The translations under genes were made by a program, and so were the position numbers. Below are positions 1 through 13,500 of a DNA stretch of 64,000 nt, in pieces. Position 1 is the first letter of the stretch. Each line of letters starts with the position of its first letter. The stretch comes from Polyangia bacterium (GTDB taxonomy: Bacteria; Myxococcota_A; Polyangia; Palsa-1104; SHYY01): positions 1,223 through 65,222 of the forward strand of contig DATAGU010000095.1 in the NCBI GenBank assembly GCA_036263495.1. The letters are read 5' to 3'. The notes under the pieces were generated by a model that saw nothing but the letters and a program-made list of their open reading frames with translations, did no database searches and was not told the DNA's origin.

Positions 1-2514
1 AGCGTCAAAGGCTGGATCGACAAGGGCGACCACCGAGTGCGAGGGCGCAATGTCGGTGTTACGGCGCAGGAGGTCCCTGCCCGAAGTGAGATAGGTGAGG
101 TCGTAGGCTTCGACCAGAAAGGACGTGCCGTCATGGAGCGCGGCGAAGGGTATGAGGCTGAGCTGCCCGTCCGGAGAGAGGAACAGCTGGCGCTGCGAAC
201 CGAGGAGCGGGGCAATGGGCTGGAACACCAGATGATATAGCTCTTGGGATGCCTTGAGGTAGGCCGCATCGCGATGGGCCAGGGCGTCATGCAGGCGGGC
301 GACGGCGTTGTCGATCGCGGCGGTGGGGCCGAGATCGGCCACTCGGATATCGCGGTTGGGGAGTAGGACCAGGGCAAAGTAAACCGGAGTGATGTGGATC
401 TTGGAAGGGTCAGTTCCGGGCAGAGGCACGAGGGGATGGGCGGTAAAGGCGATGATCTCGATGAGCGCGCCATCGGTGGGCAACGCGGCCGCCGCGCGTG
501 CGATCACATCGGCGGGAAGGGGAAGCTGGCGCTGGGCTCGGAAGACCGCTGAGTGCTGGGCGAGTTCGGCCTCTAGGGTATCGCCCTGGATCTCCAGGTC
601 CTTGAGGCGCGCCTGGTAGGCGATGGGCGAGAACTGGCCCGGACCGCTATACGACAGGGCCGACAGCTGGGTTCGTAGGGCTCTTAGGCGCTGGAAGGTT
701 TCACGGTCCGCCTCGCCCAGACTGCGGTAAATGGTCCGCGAGATATCGGCGAGTTCGTCTACCGAGCGTCCCTTGTGCAAGAGCGCGCCGATGAGTGCTA
801 GACGGCGAACAGCGGATTCCGAAGGTCGTTTAAGGAGCAATTTGTAGAGGGTGACATCTTCATATCGCAGCAGACTGAGCAAATCGGCTAAGCGTGCCTC
901 CGAAAGGCCAAGGGCTTCTTTCCTGAGACGCTGTTCAGAAATGGCGAAGGCACGTTCGAACAAAGGCAACACGGAGCCATAGCGGTTCAGGGCGAGGTTG
1001 AGTTGGGCAAGATTTTTGAGTACTGTAGCGACATTGGGATGATTTTTTCCTAGGGTAGCTTCCGTGATCTGGAGCGCGCGCTGATACAGCGGCTCAGCTC
1101 GCCCATACTTCCCCTGGTCCGCGTAGAGAAGAGCAAGATTGTTGAGTACTGTAGCGACGTCCGGATGATTCTTTCCTAGCTTCGCCTCCCAGATCTGGAA
1201 AGCACGCTGAAACAGTGGCTCGGCGCGATCGTAGGCCCCCTGATAATAATAGAGACTGGCAAGGTTGCCGAGTGATGTAGCGACGTCCGGATGATTCTCT
1301 CCTAAAGTTGCTTCCAATATCTTGAGAGCTCGCTGAAGCAGTGGCTCGGCACGCTCATACGCCCCCTGGTCCGTGTAAATGGTGGCGAGATTATCGATTG
1401 ATATGGCGACGCTGGGATGATTCTTTCCTAGCTTCGCCTCCCGGATCTGGAGCACACGTTGAAATAGTGGTTCGGCTCGCGCGTACTCCCCTCCGTCTTG
1501 GTAGAGAAGAGCAAGGTTGTTGAGTACTGTAGCGACATCGGGATGGTCTTTTCCTAGGGCAGCTTCCAAGATCTGGAGAGCGCGCTGATACAGCGGCTCG
1601 GCTCGCCCATACTCCCCCTGAACCCTGTAGAGATTTGCAAGATTATCGATTGAAATTCCGATGTCAGGATGACCTTTTCCGTGGACTGTTTCTAGGATCT
1701 GGAGTGCACGCTGATACAGTACCTCAGCTTGAGCATACGCCCCCAGAGTCTTGTAGAGAAGAGCGTGATTGTTGAGTGCTGCGGCGACGCGGAGTTGACT
1801 CTGTCCCGAGGCCATTTCCAAGATCTGGAGTGCATGCTGATACAGCGCCTCAGCTCGTCCGTACTCCCCCTGGTTCATGTAGAGAAGAGCGAGATTGGTG
1901 AGTACTGTAGCGACGTCGGGATGATTCTTTCCTAGCTTCACCTCCTGGATCTGGAGAGCGCGCTGAAACAGCGGCCCGGCGCGCTGGTAGGCCCCCTGGG
2001 CCTGATAGAGGCTTGCGAGGTCGTTGAGGGATATGGCGACATCGGGATGATTCTTTCCCAGCACCGCCTCCCGGATCTGCAGAGAACGCAGATAGAGCGG
2101 CTCGGCGCGCTGGTAGGCCCCCTGGGCCCGATAGAGGCTTGCGAGGTCGTTGAGGGATATGGCGACGTCGGGATGATTCTTTCCCAGGGCCGCTTCCTGG
2201 ATCTTAAGAGCACGCAGATATAGAGGTTCGGCCTGTGAGAAGTTCCCCTGTCGTTGATGAAGTTTGCCGAGGGCATCAAGACATTCGGCCACCGCAAGAT
2301 GGTCCGGCCCCAGCGCCTTCTCCCGTAGCTGGACCGCATGCTCAGCCAGTGGCAGCGCTTCGGCATACTTCCCTTCCTGTCCGAGCCTCTCGACTTCCTC
2401 CAGCTCCTTCTGTGCCTGTGCCAGCTGCTCCACGGGGTGAGACTCCCCGGCCCTCGCTCCCGCGGCATAACAGACGACAATGATGACCGCAATCTGCCCT
2501 AAGACTGCACGCAT
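1..2514 (-). CDS. TPR-repeat (42-aa TPR_10/12-type) / CHAT-domain protein, partial (C-terminus runs off the window start)
   Basis: Reading the reverse complement from the ATG at 2512-2514 gives a signal-peptide-like N-terminus (MRAVLGQIAVIIVVCYAAGA). It is followed by about 13 tandem 42-aa repeats of type NLAxLYxxQGxYxRAEPLYQRALQIxExxLGKxHPDVAxxLNN, visible as a 126-bp DNA periodicity across 900-2500. The same frame continues to position 1 through a CHAT-like region (LYHLVFQPIAPLLGSQRQLFLSPDGQLSLIPFAALHDG). It is missing from the ORF track because it is open to the window edge. The listed ORF 1938..2492(-) is the +1 shadow of this frame. Confidence 0.75.
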   Translation of the reverse strand, partial: MRAVLGQIAVIIVVCYAAGARAGESHPVEQLAQAQKELEEVERLGQEGKYAEALPLAEHAVQLREKALGPDHLAVAECLDALGKLHQRQGNFSQAEPLYLRALKIQEAALGKNHPDVAISLNDLASLYRAQGAYQRAEPLYLRSLQIREAVLGKNHPDVAISLNDLASLYQAQGAYQRAGPLFQRALQIQEVKLGKNHPDVATVLTNLALLYMNQGEYGRAEALYQHALQILEMASGQSQLRVAAALNNHALLYKTLGAYAQAEVLYQRALQILETVHGKGHPDIGISIDNLANLYRVQGEYGRAEPLYQRALQILEAALGKDHPDVATVLNNLALLYQDGGEYARAEPLFQRVLQIREAKLGKNHPSVAISIDNLATIYTDQGAYERAEPLLQRALKILEATLGENHPDVATSLGNLASLYYYQGAYDRAEPLFQRAFQIWEAKLGKNHPDVATVLNNLALLYADQGKYGRAEPLYQRALQITEATLGKNHPNVATVLKNLAQLNLALNRYGSVLPLFERAFAISEQRLRKEALGLSEARLADLLSLLRYEDVTLYKLLLKRPSESAVRRLALIGALLHKGRSVDELADISRTIYRSLGEADRETFQRLRALRTQLSALSYSGPGQFSPIAYQARLKDLEIQGDTLEAELAQHSAVFRAQRQLPLPADVIARAAAALPTDGALIEIIAFTAHPLVPLPGTDPSKIHITPVYFALVLLPNRDIRVADLGPTAAIDNAVARLHDALAHRDAAYLKASQELYHLVFQPIAPLLGSQRQLFLSPDGQLSLIPFAALHDGTSFLVEAYDLTYLTSGRDLLRRNTDIAPSHSVVALVDPAFDA

Positions 2515-2569
2515 GTTGCCTTCTTGATGAAGAAAGCAGATCAGCTCATGAATAAACGAGCTATCTCTT

Positions 2570-4075
<1,506 letters not shown>

Positions 4076-4246
4076 TGCAGAGCCTCAGGGGCCCTCCCAT
4101 CCGTACCGCCCGGAGACCGAACATCGCTACGTTTGCCTAGGAGCTGTCCCCCGGTCCTGCGCTCTCTCATATGACGAGGAATTACACAGTCCGGCACGAG
4201 TCACAAAATTTGGACGTCAGCAGGTCGGCCGCAGAGGAGGCTTGCG

Positions 4247-4744
4247 TCACCTCGAGGCGTGGGACTCGCTCTGGTAGCGCGGGTAGGTGTGGCGCAGCTT
4301 CTTGAACCAGGCATGCGCGCGGTGAACCCAGCCGGTGTTCTGGAGGAACATGAGAGGGCACTCCCCCTCGACCACCGCGATCGCCTGGCGGTGACAGAGC
4401 TCGATCGCCTGCTCATCGACCGCCCCTGTCCCTCCGCCCTTGTGCATCCAGACCCGCGGGATGCCGGCCGCGACGCAGTCGGCCACCACCTGCCGCGTCA
4501 CCTCCGGCGGCGTCATGACGATCGCGCCACCGACGGAACCGGGGATGTCCTGCACCCGCGGGTAGCAGGTGAGGTCGTCGATGCGCTCGACCTTCGGGTT
4601 GACGGGCAGGACCTCGTAGCCACGCTGCCGTAGCTCGCGCAGGACCAGCCGGCTGAAGTCCTTCTCGTCATGCGACGCGCCCACGAGGGCGATGCGGCGT
4701 TGGGCCAGGAAATCGTCAATCACTTCGCGTGCCGTGGTGCTCAT
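4247..4744 (-). CDS. CoA-binding domain protein (YccU-like)
   Basis: The N-terminus RRIALVGASHDEKDFSRLVLRELRQRGYEVLPVNPK is a typical CoA_binding_2 fold signature. The size (165 aa) fits the family. Confidence 0.7.
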   Translation of the reverse strand: MSTTAREVIDDFLAQRRIALVGASHDEKDFSRLVLRELRQRGYEVLPVNPKVERIDDLTCYPRVQDIPGSVGGAIVMTPPEVTRQVVADCVAAGIPRVWMHKGGGTGAVDEQAIELCHRQAIAVVEGECPLMFLQNTGWVHRAHAWFKKLRHTYPRYQSESHASR

Positions 4745-4908
4745 ACGCGCGGTTTGAGCAAGTGAAGTGCCAGGCCAGGATGAGAGGCCATTCCATGCGC
4801 GGCGCCCTCCAACGGGGCCCGCAGGGCCGCAAAACTTTCCAGCGACGGCGCGGCCTGACGAAGAGATTGCGCGATTCCATCATGGGATGGGCGTTGTACC
4901 CTGGGGCC

Positions 4909-5577
4909 ATGCGCCTGGTCGCGGTGGCAGACACGCACCTCTTTCACGACGAGCTGGTCATCCCCGACGGCGATGTCTTCATCCATGCCGGCGACCTCTG
5001 TCGCGCCGGCTCGCTCGACGAGCTGGCCGAGGCCTCACGCTGGCTCCGAGCGCTCCCCCACCGCATCAAGATCTTCATCGCCGGCAACCACGACTGGGCC
5101 TTCCAGAGCCACCCCGAGCCGGCCCGCCGCCTGCTCGGCCCCGAGATCATCTATCTGCAGGACACCGGCACGACGGTGGAGGGCCTACGCTTCTGGGGCT
5201 CTCCGTGGCAGCCCGCGTTCAACGACTGGGCGTTCAACCTGCCGCGCGGCCCGGAGCTCGCCGAGAAGTGGGCGCTCATCCCCGAGGGCCTCGACGTGCT
5301 CGTCACGCACGGCCCGCCCAAGGGCATCGGCGACCACACGTCGTACGGGGCCAGGCGCGCGGGTTGCGCCGACCTGCGCGAGCGCGTGGCCGCGGTGCGC
5401 CCGCGCCTGCACCTCTTCGGGCACATCCACGAGGACGGCGGCGCCTGGGACATCGACGGCACGACGTTCGTCAACTGCACGACCTGGGAGTGCGAGCGCG
5501 CGCCGACGGTGATCGATATCTCGCCAGGGACCGGCGAGGTCCAGGTGCTCGCCCCGCCTGCACGACCCGCGAGGTGA
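4909..5577 (+). CDS. Metallophosphoesterase (calcineurin-like phosphoesterase)
   Basis: Motifs MRLVAVADTHL, GDL, GNHD and HGPP are present. The start is trimmed to ATG 4909 (MRLVAV). The listed ORF 4729 start carries a non-protein-like leader. Confidence 0.75.
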   Translation: MRLVAVADTHLFHDELVIPDGDVFIHAGDLCRAGSLDELAEASRWLRALPHRIKIFIAGNHDWAFQSHPEPARRLLGPEIIYLQDTGTTVEGLRFWGSPWQPAFNDWAFNLPRGPELAEKWALIPEGLDVLVTHGPPKGIGDHTSYGARRAGCADLRERVAAVRPRLHLFGHIHEDGGAWDIDGTTFVNCTTWECERAPTVIDISPGTGEVQVLAPPARPAR

Positions 5578-5607
5578 GACGCTTCGGGGGATCTCGCCGC
5601 GAGCACG

Positions 5608-6462
5608 CTACTGCGCGACCAGGGTGCGGTGCGCCCAGTCGATGCCGCCGCGTTCGTCGTGCGCCATGACGAAGAGGTCGATGGTGGCGCCCGCGCTCGG
5701 CGGGCGCTGGCCGAGATCGAGCGTGTTGTCGGGCTCCGCCTCGCCGGTGGCGTTGTTCTCGAAGTCGCCGGCGGGGGCGAACCAGTCGACGCTCACGGTC
5801 TCGGTCACGGTCTCGGGCGGGGTGGTGCGGGGATCGCCGCTGTAGACCTGGTAGGTCTCGACGCTGCCGGCGGCCAGGGTGGCGCGCAGGGTGATCTTGG
5901 CGCCGATGCGCACGGGCAGGGGCTGGCCTTCGACGAGGGGCACGGCCTGTCCGTCTTGCACGACGGCGACGTCGGCGATGCGCGGGTTCTGGTTGGGCGG
6001 GGTGCCGAGGGCGTAGCGCAGGCGGTAGATCGAGGTGACGCGCTGGGGATCGCCGGCCGTGGTCTCGGCGCGCAGGCGCACGGGCAGGTAGAAGCCGTTC
6101 GTGTAGTCGGGCGGGCCGAGGTCGGTGGGCGCGACGTTGGGCATGGTCACGGCCTTGGTGCTGCCGCCGCCGAGCTGTTCCAGGAAGGGCGCGGTGTCGG
6201 TCGTGGCGCACTCGGACCGTACGGAGGATCCGCCGGGGATGGGCGGGAGCCGACACACGGCCCAGGCGAAGTCCACGGGGCGGCCGCGCGTATCCACGGA
6301 CAGGACGTCGAGCTGCGCGGTCTGGCCGGGGCCGACCTCGGGGGGCATGGCGCGGACGGCGAGCACCCGCAGGCCCGAGAGGTAGGAGCGGGGGTTGAAG
6401 TCGTTGCCGCAGCCGGGGCCGCCGAGGAACAGGAGGAGGAGCAGGATCGAGGAGCGCCGCAT
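5608..6462 (-). CDS. Lipoprotein of unknown function, translationally coupled to the upstream TonB-dependent receptor
   Basis: It has a signal peptide plus lipobox (LLLLLFLGGPGC). Its ATG lies 1 nt after the TGA of the receptor gene. Confidence 0.6.
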   Translation of the reverse strand: MRRSSILLLLLFLGGPGCGNDFNPRSYLSGLRVLAVRAMPPEVGPGQTAQLDVLSVDTRGRPVDFAWAVCRLPPIPGGSSVRSECATTDTAPFLEQLGGGSTKAVTMPNVAPTDLGPPDYTNGFYLPVRLRAETTAGDPQRVTSIYRLRYALGTPPNQNPRIADVAVVQDGQAVPLVEGQPLPVRIGAKITLRATLAAGSVETYQVYSGDPRTTPPETVTETVSVDWFAPAGDFENNATGEAEPDNTLDLGQRPPSAGATIDLFVMAHDERGGIDWAHRTLVAQ

Positions 6463-6463
6463 G

Positions 6464-8914
6464 TCAGAACTCTCCGCGGAAGCCGAAGACGGGGAAGAGG
6501 GGTTGGCCGCTCACCGGCTGGCGCTGGCTGTAGTCAAAGTTGTAGGTGATGCCCTCGGGGTTGCGCCGGTTGTAGAGGTTCTGGATGTCGATGTAGGCGA
6601 GGAGCCGCCAGCGCTTGAAAGTCCACGTCTTGTCGAAGCGCACATCGAGGGAGTGGAAGGCGGGCAGGCGCGAGCTGTAGGTGCCGCCGTAGAGGGGGGT
6701 GTAGCGATCCTCGTTGATGTCGTAATAGGCGCCGGTGACGGGCGTGTAGGGGTTGCCGGTGACGTAGCGGAAGCGGATGCCGACCTGGTAGCCGCGCCGG
6801 AACTGGTAGCTGCCGATGATGGAGAAGATGTGGGTCTGGTCGTACTGGAAGACGCGGAACGGGTCGCCGGGGTGGTCGGCGCGTTCGCTGCGCGAGGCGG
6901 TGTAGGCGAGCCAGCCGAAGAAGCCCTTGAACAGCTCCTGGCGCACGAGGAGCTCGCCGCCGTAGATGCGGCCAATGCCGTCGTTGATGACGGGCGGGTC
7001 CTGGGCGCTCGTGCCGCGCACGACGAGGTTGCGCAGGTCTTTGTAAAAACCCTCGGCCTCGATGAGGAGGGTGGGGGTGGGGCGGATCTCGACGCCGGCG
7101 ACGTAGTGGATGCTGAACTCGGGCTGGATGCGCTGGCTGCCGAAGCTGTAGGAGATGGCGGTGGGATCCGGGGACTGGTAGTAGACGCCGACGGCGGCCT
7201 TGAGGTCGAGGAGGCTGCTCACGCGGTAGCGCAGGGTGAGGCGCGGCGAGGGGCGGATGAAGTTGGTGGTGACGTCGCTCCGGCCGGTCTTGCCGCCGAG
7301 GGCGTAGCGGGAGCTCGAGAAGGTGTTGAAGATCTCGACGCGCACCGAGGGGACGATGGTGAGGCGGCGGTCGAGGACGCTGAAGCGCAAGGCGGCGAAG
7401 GGGGCGAGGTACGCGGGCCGCTGGGTGGTGGTCTCGGTGGCGAAGCCGGCGCCGCGCGGTGGGCCGGGGGCGTCGCCTTCCCGCGGGGCGCCGTTCTGTG
7501 TCAGGGCGGCGTCGATGACGTTGGTGGCGCCCTCGAAGTCGAGGCCGGCGTCGAGGCGCAGCGAAGAGGTGAGGGGGGCGCGCACGACGGCGCGCAGGAC
7601 GTAGGGGGTGACGCGGGCGTCGATGCGCAGGGGGATGCTGCCGATGTTGGCGCGGACCTGGAAGGGGACGTTGTAGCCGCTCGAGGCGGTGACCTGGAGG
7701 GTGACGCGGCCGGCGAAGCGGTGGAGCCAGCGCACGAGGCCGCGGTGATAGAAGGTATGGGAGTCGAACTGGGCCTGGGCGGCGGGGTTGGGGTTCTTGG
7801 TGGACAGCTTGATGGTGTCGTCGGAGCCGAAGATGAAGAGGTCGACATCGTCGCGCGGGCTGGCGTTCCAGTGGATCTTGGCCTGGTAGTCCCAGTACGC
7901 GGGGGTGAGCTGGAAGTTGTTGGGGGTGAAGGCGGGGAGGATGAACTGGATGAGGCTGTAGCGGCCGCCCACGGCGACGGAGACGTTCTTGGACACGGGG
8001 CCTTCGAGGGCGAAGGAGGCGTCGAGGCTGTCGATCTGGACGTAGCCGTGGAGGCCCTGGTCGCGCGGGCGGCGGGTCTGGATCTCGACGAGGCCGCCGA
8101 TGCCGCGGCCGTACTCGGAGCCGTAGGCGCCGGGGGTGAAGACGAGGGCGTCGATGAACTCGCCGTTGACGGTCGAGCGCAGGCCGCCGAAGTGATAGAG
8201 GGTGGGGACGAAGACGCCGTCGACGAAGGTGCGGGTGTCCTGGGGGCGTGAGCCCCACACGACGAGCTGGCCGCCGAAGAACGGGGTGCGGGCCACGCCG
8301 GGGAGGCTCTGCAGGGCCTTGAGGGTGTCGCCCTGGGTGCCGGGGATGCGCTTGAACTCCTCGGGGCGCAGGGTCTGCTCGACGGCCTCGCGCTCGATGG
8401 GCCGGCCGCGCACGGTGGTGCGGTAGCGCTCCAGGATCTCGACGTAGTAGGTGACCTGGAGGCTCTTGTTGGGGGAGAGGGTCTCTTTGACCTCGGCCGG
8501 CACGGTCTGCGAGCCGAGCAGCTGGATGCGGTGTTCGCCGACCGGCAGGTCGGGGAAGGAGAAGCGCCCGTCGGCGTCGCTCGTGGCCTCAACCGTGCCG
8601 CCGTCGATGAGGACGCTGACGCCGGCCACGGGGGTCCGGTCGCCGCGCCGCAGCACCCGGCCGCTGAAGGGGACGCCGGCGGGAGGCGCCGCTTCTTGCG
8701 GGGGGGCCGGCGTCGCGGGCGTGTCGGAGGGCGGCGGGGCGTCCGGCTTCTCGGGGGCACCTTCGGGCACGGGGGCGGCGGGTGGCGGCGCTTGCGGCGT
8801 CGGCTGGGCCTCGGGCGATGAGGGTTCGCCTGGAGGCGGCGGGGGCGCCGCCAGGGCGGAACACTGCAGGGCGACGAGCAGGGTTACGAGCGGTGCGAGG
8901 CGATTTGGTTCCAC
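6464..8914 (-). CDS. TonB-dependent outer-membrane receptor with N-terminal carboxypeptidase-regulatory-like domain
   Basis: It has a signal peptide and a Pro/Ala-rich linker. A CarbopepD_reg-like segment is present (GRVLRRGDRTPVAGVSVLIDGGTVEATSDADGRFSF). A plug region and a long beta-barrel follow, ending in an aromatic residue (..FGFRGEF). Confidence 0.85.
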   Translation of the reverse strand: MEPNRLAPLVTLLVALQCSALAAPPPPPGEPSSPEAQPTPQAPPPAAPVPEGAPEKPDAPPPSDTPATPAPPQEAAPPAGVPFSGRVLRRGDRTPVAGVSVLIDGGTVEATSDADGRFSFPDLPVGEHRIQLLGSQTVPAEVKETLSPNKSLQVTYYVEILERYRTTVRGRPIEREAVEQTLRPEEFKRIPGTQGDTLKALQSLPGVARTPFFGGQLVVWGSRPQDTRTFVDGVFVPTLYHFGGLRSTVNGEFIDALVFTPGAYGSEYGRGIGGLVEIQTRRPRDQGLHGYVQIDSLDASFALEGPVSKNVSVAVGGRYSLIQFILPAFTPNNFQLTPAYWDYQAKIHWNASPRDDVDLFIFGSDDTIKLSTKNPNPAAQAQFDSHTFYHRGLVRWLHRFAGRVTLQVTASSGYNVPFQVRANIGSIPLRIDARVTPYVLRAVVRAPLTSSLRLDAGLDFEGATNVIDAALTQNGAPREGDAPGPPRGAGFATETTTQRPAYLAPFAALRFSVLDRRLTIVPSVRVEIFNTFSSSRYALGGKTGRSDVTTNFIRPSPRLTLRYRVSSLLDLKAAVGVYYQSPDPTAISYSFGSQRIQPEFSIHYVAGVEIRPTPTLLIEAEGFYKDLRNLVVRGTSAQDPPVINDGIGRIYGGELLVRQELFKGFFGWLAYTASRSERADHPGDPFRVFQYDQTHIFSIIGSYQFRRGYQVGIRFRYVTGNPYTPVTGAYYDINEDRYTPLYGGTYSSRLPAFHSLDVRFDKTWTFKRWRLLAYIDIQNLYNRRNPEGITYNFDYSQRQPVSGQPLFPVFGFRGEF

Positions 8915-9010
8915 TGCGGCAAGTCATGCTCGCCGTTCAGCTGCTTGTCAATCGGGTGGCCAGGGGACGCCAAGGGGTCCGGGCGTGGGGGGAGGTGGCC
9001 GGGCGGACGC

Positions 9011-10510
<1,500 letters not shown>

Positions 10511-10550
10511 CGCACCATGGCCGTGACGCTACACAGGCCACGAGGCGCCG

Positions 10551-13500
10551 TCAACGCGGGGCCGCGGTCGTGGGGGTTCGCGGGTCCGCGGGGGGCTCCA
10601 GGGGGAGCTCGACAGTGAAGGTGGCGCCCTGGCCGGGTTCGCTCTCGACCCGGATGGTGCCGCCGTGGGCCTCGACGATCTGGTGCACGATGTAGAGGCC
10701 GAGGCCGAGGCCGCCGTAGTGGCGCGCGGAGACGGCGCGCTCGAAGCGCTGGAAGATGCGCGCCTGATCGGCCTTGGCGATGCCCATGCCGGCGTCGCTG
10801 ACGATCAGGCGGGCGCGATCGCCGGCCCGCTCGACGCGCACCGTGACGGCCTGGCCGGCGCCGTACTTGAGGGCGTTGCCGAGGAGGTTGACGGCGACCT
10901 GCTCGAGCCGGCTGCGGTCCCAGGGACCGATCACGCCGTCGGCGGCGTGGATGGCGAGGGTGCAGCCGGCGCTCTGGACCTGAGCGGCGAGGCGGCTGGC
11001 GACGTCCTTGATGAGGTCGCCGAGATCCGTGGGCTCGCGCTGGAGCGCGAGATAGCCGACGCGGAGGCGCGACACGTCGAGGAGCTGGTGGACGAGGAGC
11101 GCCAGGCGTTCGAGGTGCCGCCCGAACAGGGCGATGGCGTCGCGGGGGACGGTGAGCGAGGAGGCGCCCGAGCCCTGGTGTCTCTGCCCGCGCTCGATGA
11201 CGCGCATCTGGAGCTGCATGGCGGCGATGGGGTTGCGCAGCTCATGGGAGGCGATGGACAGGAACTCGTCGCGCTGCTGGATGGCCTCCTGGGCGCGCTG
11301 GTAGAGGATGGCGTTGTCGATCGAGATGGTGGCCTGGGAGGCGATGAGCTCGAGCACCGCCAGCCGCTCGGGGGTGAAGGCGTGCGGGACGAGGTGGTTC
11401 TCGAGGTAGAGGAGGCCCCGCAGCGTGGCTTGCCGCAGGAGGGGCATGCAGAGGAGGGACCGGGGCCGCCGCCGCACGATGTACGCGTCGCGCGAGTAGG
11501 GCCCCCCGGCGCTGGCATCGGCGAGGATGACGCTCTCGCGGGTGCGCCGCACGTAGTGGAGGATGGAGTGGGGCAGGTCATCGTCGTCCCCGAGGGGGCG
11601 GGAGGCGACGAGGACGCGCTCGCCGTCGCCGATCTGCACCTCGGCCTCGATGCTGAGGTCGTCGTGCTCGCCGGCGAGGAGGAGGACGCCGCGCTGCGCG
11701 CCGGCCGGCTCGATCACGGTGCGCATGAGGGTCTCGAGGAGCCGGGCGAGCACGATCTCGCTCGAGATGACCTGCGAGGCCTTGAGGACGGGGAACACAT
11801 CGAGCTGCTCGACGCGGGCGCTGACGAAGCCGGCCGCGGGCGAGCCCTTGGGGCGCGGCTCGGGCGCGCCGGGTTGTTCGGACAGGCCGGGGTAGCGCTC
11901 GTCGAGCTGCAGCACCTTCTCGTCGGCTCCCCAGACGAGGTAGCCATTGCGCGCCTGCCGGAGGTGGGCGTGGGCGATGAGCTCGAAACCCTGGCCGAGG
12001 AGGAACTGCCCGGCCAGCTCGTGGCCGAGTGCCTCTTGATGGACGAAGCCGCTCTCGCGCGCGGCGTGGATGCCCTGTTCGTAGAGGCGCAGCGCGTCCA
12101 TGTCGCGGCCGTCGAGGCGGGCGCGCTCGGCGCGGAGGAGCAGGAGGCGGGCGGCGAAGTTGGCCGGGCAGTGCTCGGCCCAGCGGGCGAACCTGCGCTC
12201 CTGCGCGGCGAGGAGGTCATCGTAAGAGGCGCGCTGCTCGGGCGGTGCCTGGCCGGCGACCGCGACCGCGGCCAGGGCCAGGTAGAAGGCGTAGGTGGCG
12301 ACGATGGGCATGGCCATGGCCGCGCCGAGCAGCGGCTCGGCGGCGCGGGCGTCGTCGAGCGCGGCGGCGTAGTCGCCGTAGGTGTAGTGGAGGATCATCC
12401 GCAGGATGTGGTGGAACACGACGCCGCAGCCAAAGCTCGCCCGGGTGATGATGGACACGGAGCGGGCCTCGTCGAAGTCGCCGTCTTCGAGGGTGTCTCG
12501 CCCGCGGGTGAGGCCGCGCAGGTTGCGCAGGAACTGCTGCTCGACGCGGATGGTCTCGAACACGGCTTCGTTGCGGGACTGCCGGGCGAAGGCGGCGTAG
12601 CGCTGCGAGAGCTTGAAGACGTCCTCGAGGACGTCGCCCCGCTCCACGGCCTGCCACACGGTCTCGAAGGCGAGGTAGCTGGCGTAGACCAGATCGCCGA
12701 CCTCGATGCAGGCGAGGAAGGCCTTGTCGAGGATGGGGAAGTCGGTGGCGATGGGGTTCTTCCAGAAGTTGATGTGGTCGCCGTGCAGGTGGAGGAGCGT
12801 GCCGCGCAGCTTGGCGTCGCCGAGCCGCTCGTTGAGCCGGATGGACATCTCCGAGAAGGCGTAGGCGGTGGGGATGTCGTCCCACACCCCGATCAGCATG
12901 AGGCCGTAGACGCTGTAGGCGAAGCAGGACTGCTCGGTGTTGCCGTGGCTGAGCGAGAGGTGGAGCATCTTGAGGGAGATGAGGGGGAAGACGGCGGGGC
13001 GACCGATGTAGGCGCAAGGCGCGGCGTTGGCGAGGAGGTCGATGACGACCTGGATGGCCGGGTCGCGGAGGAGCGGGGCATCGGCCAGGGCGCTGATGTC
13101 GCACCCGCGCAGCGCCTCGCGGATGGCGGCGGCCTCGGCCTGCATGGTGGCGTCGAGCGCCGCGGGCTCCGAGGGGAGGGTGACGCCGAAGAGTTCGAGG
13201 GCGGCGAGGGCCAGGGTGACGCCCTCATCGTACTTGCCGGCGACCTGATAGAGCTTGAGGCGCAAGGTGGCGATGCGCGCCTTCTCGAGGGGGGTGGCGG
13301 CGCGCTCGGTGACCTCGACGAAGAGGGCCTCGGCCTCGGCGAAGTCGCCGCACAGGTAGCGGCACTCGGCGTACTCGACCGAGACGTCGCGGGCGAGCGG
13401 GTAGGCCCGCGCCCAGGCATCGGGGGGAAGGAGGCGGGCGGCGGTCTCGAAGTAGCCGCGCGCCGGCACGTAGGCGGTGGAGGTCTTGGCCTTGCGGCCG

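Noticed and set aside
5471-8760. Several long ORFs (5471..6256-, 5629..6549+, 6395..8251+, 6534..8258-, 7501..8760-)
   Set aside because: They are alternative frames or antisense of the lipoprotein and TonB-receptor genes and are low-complexity.
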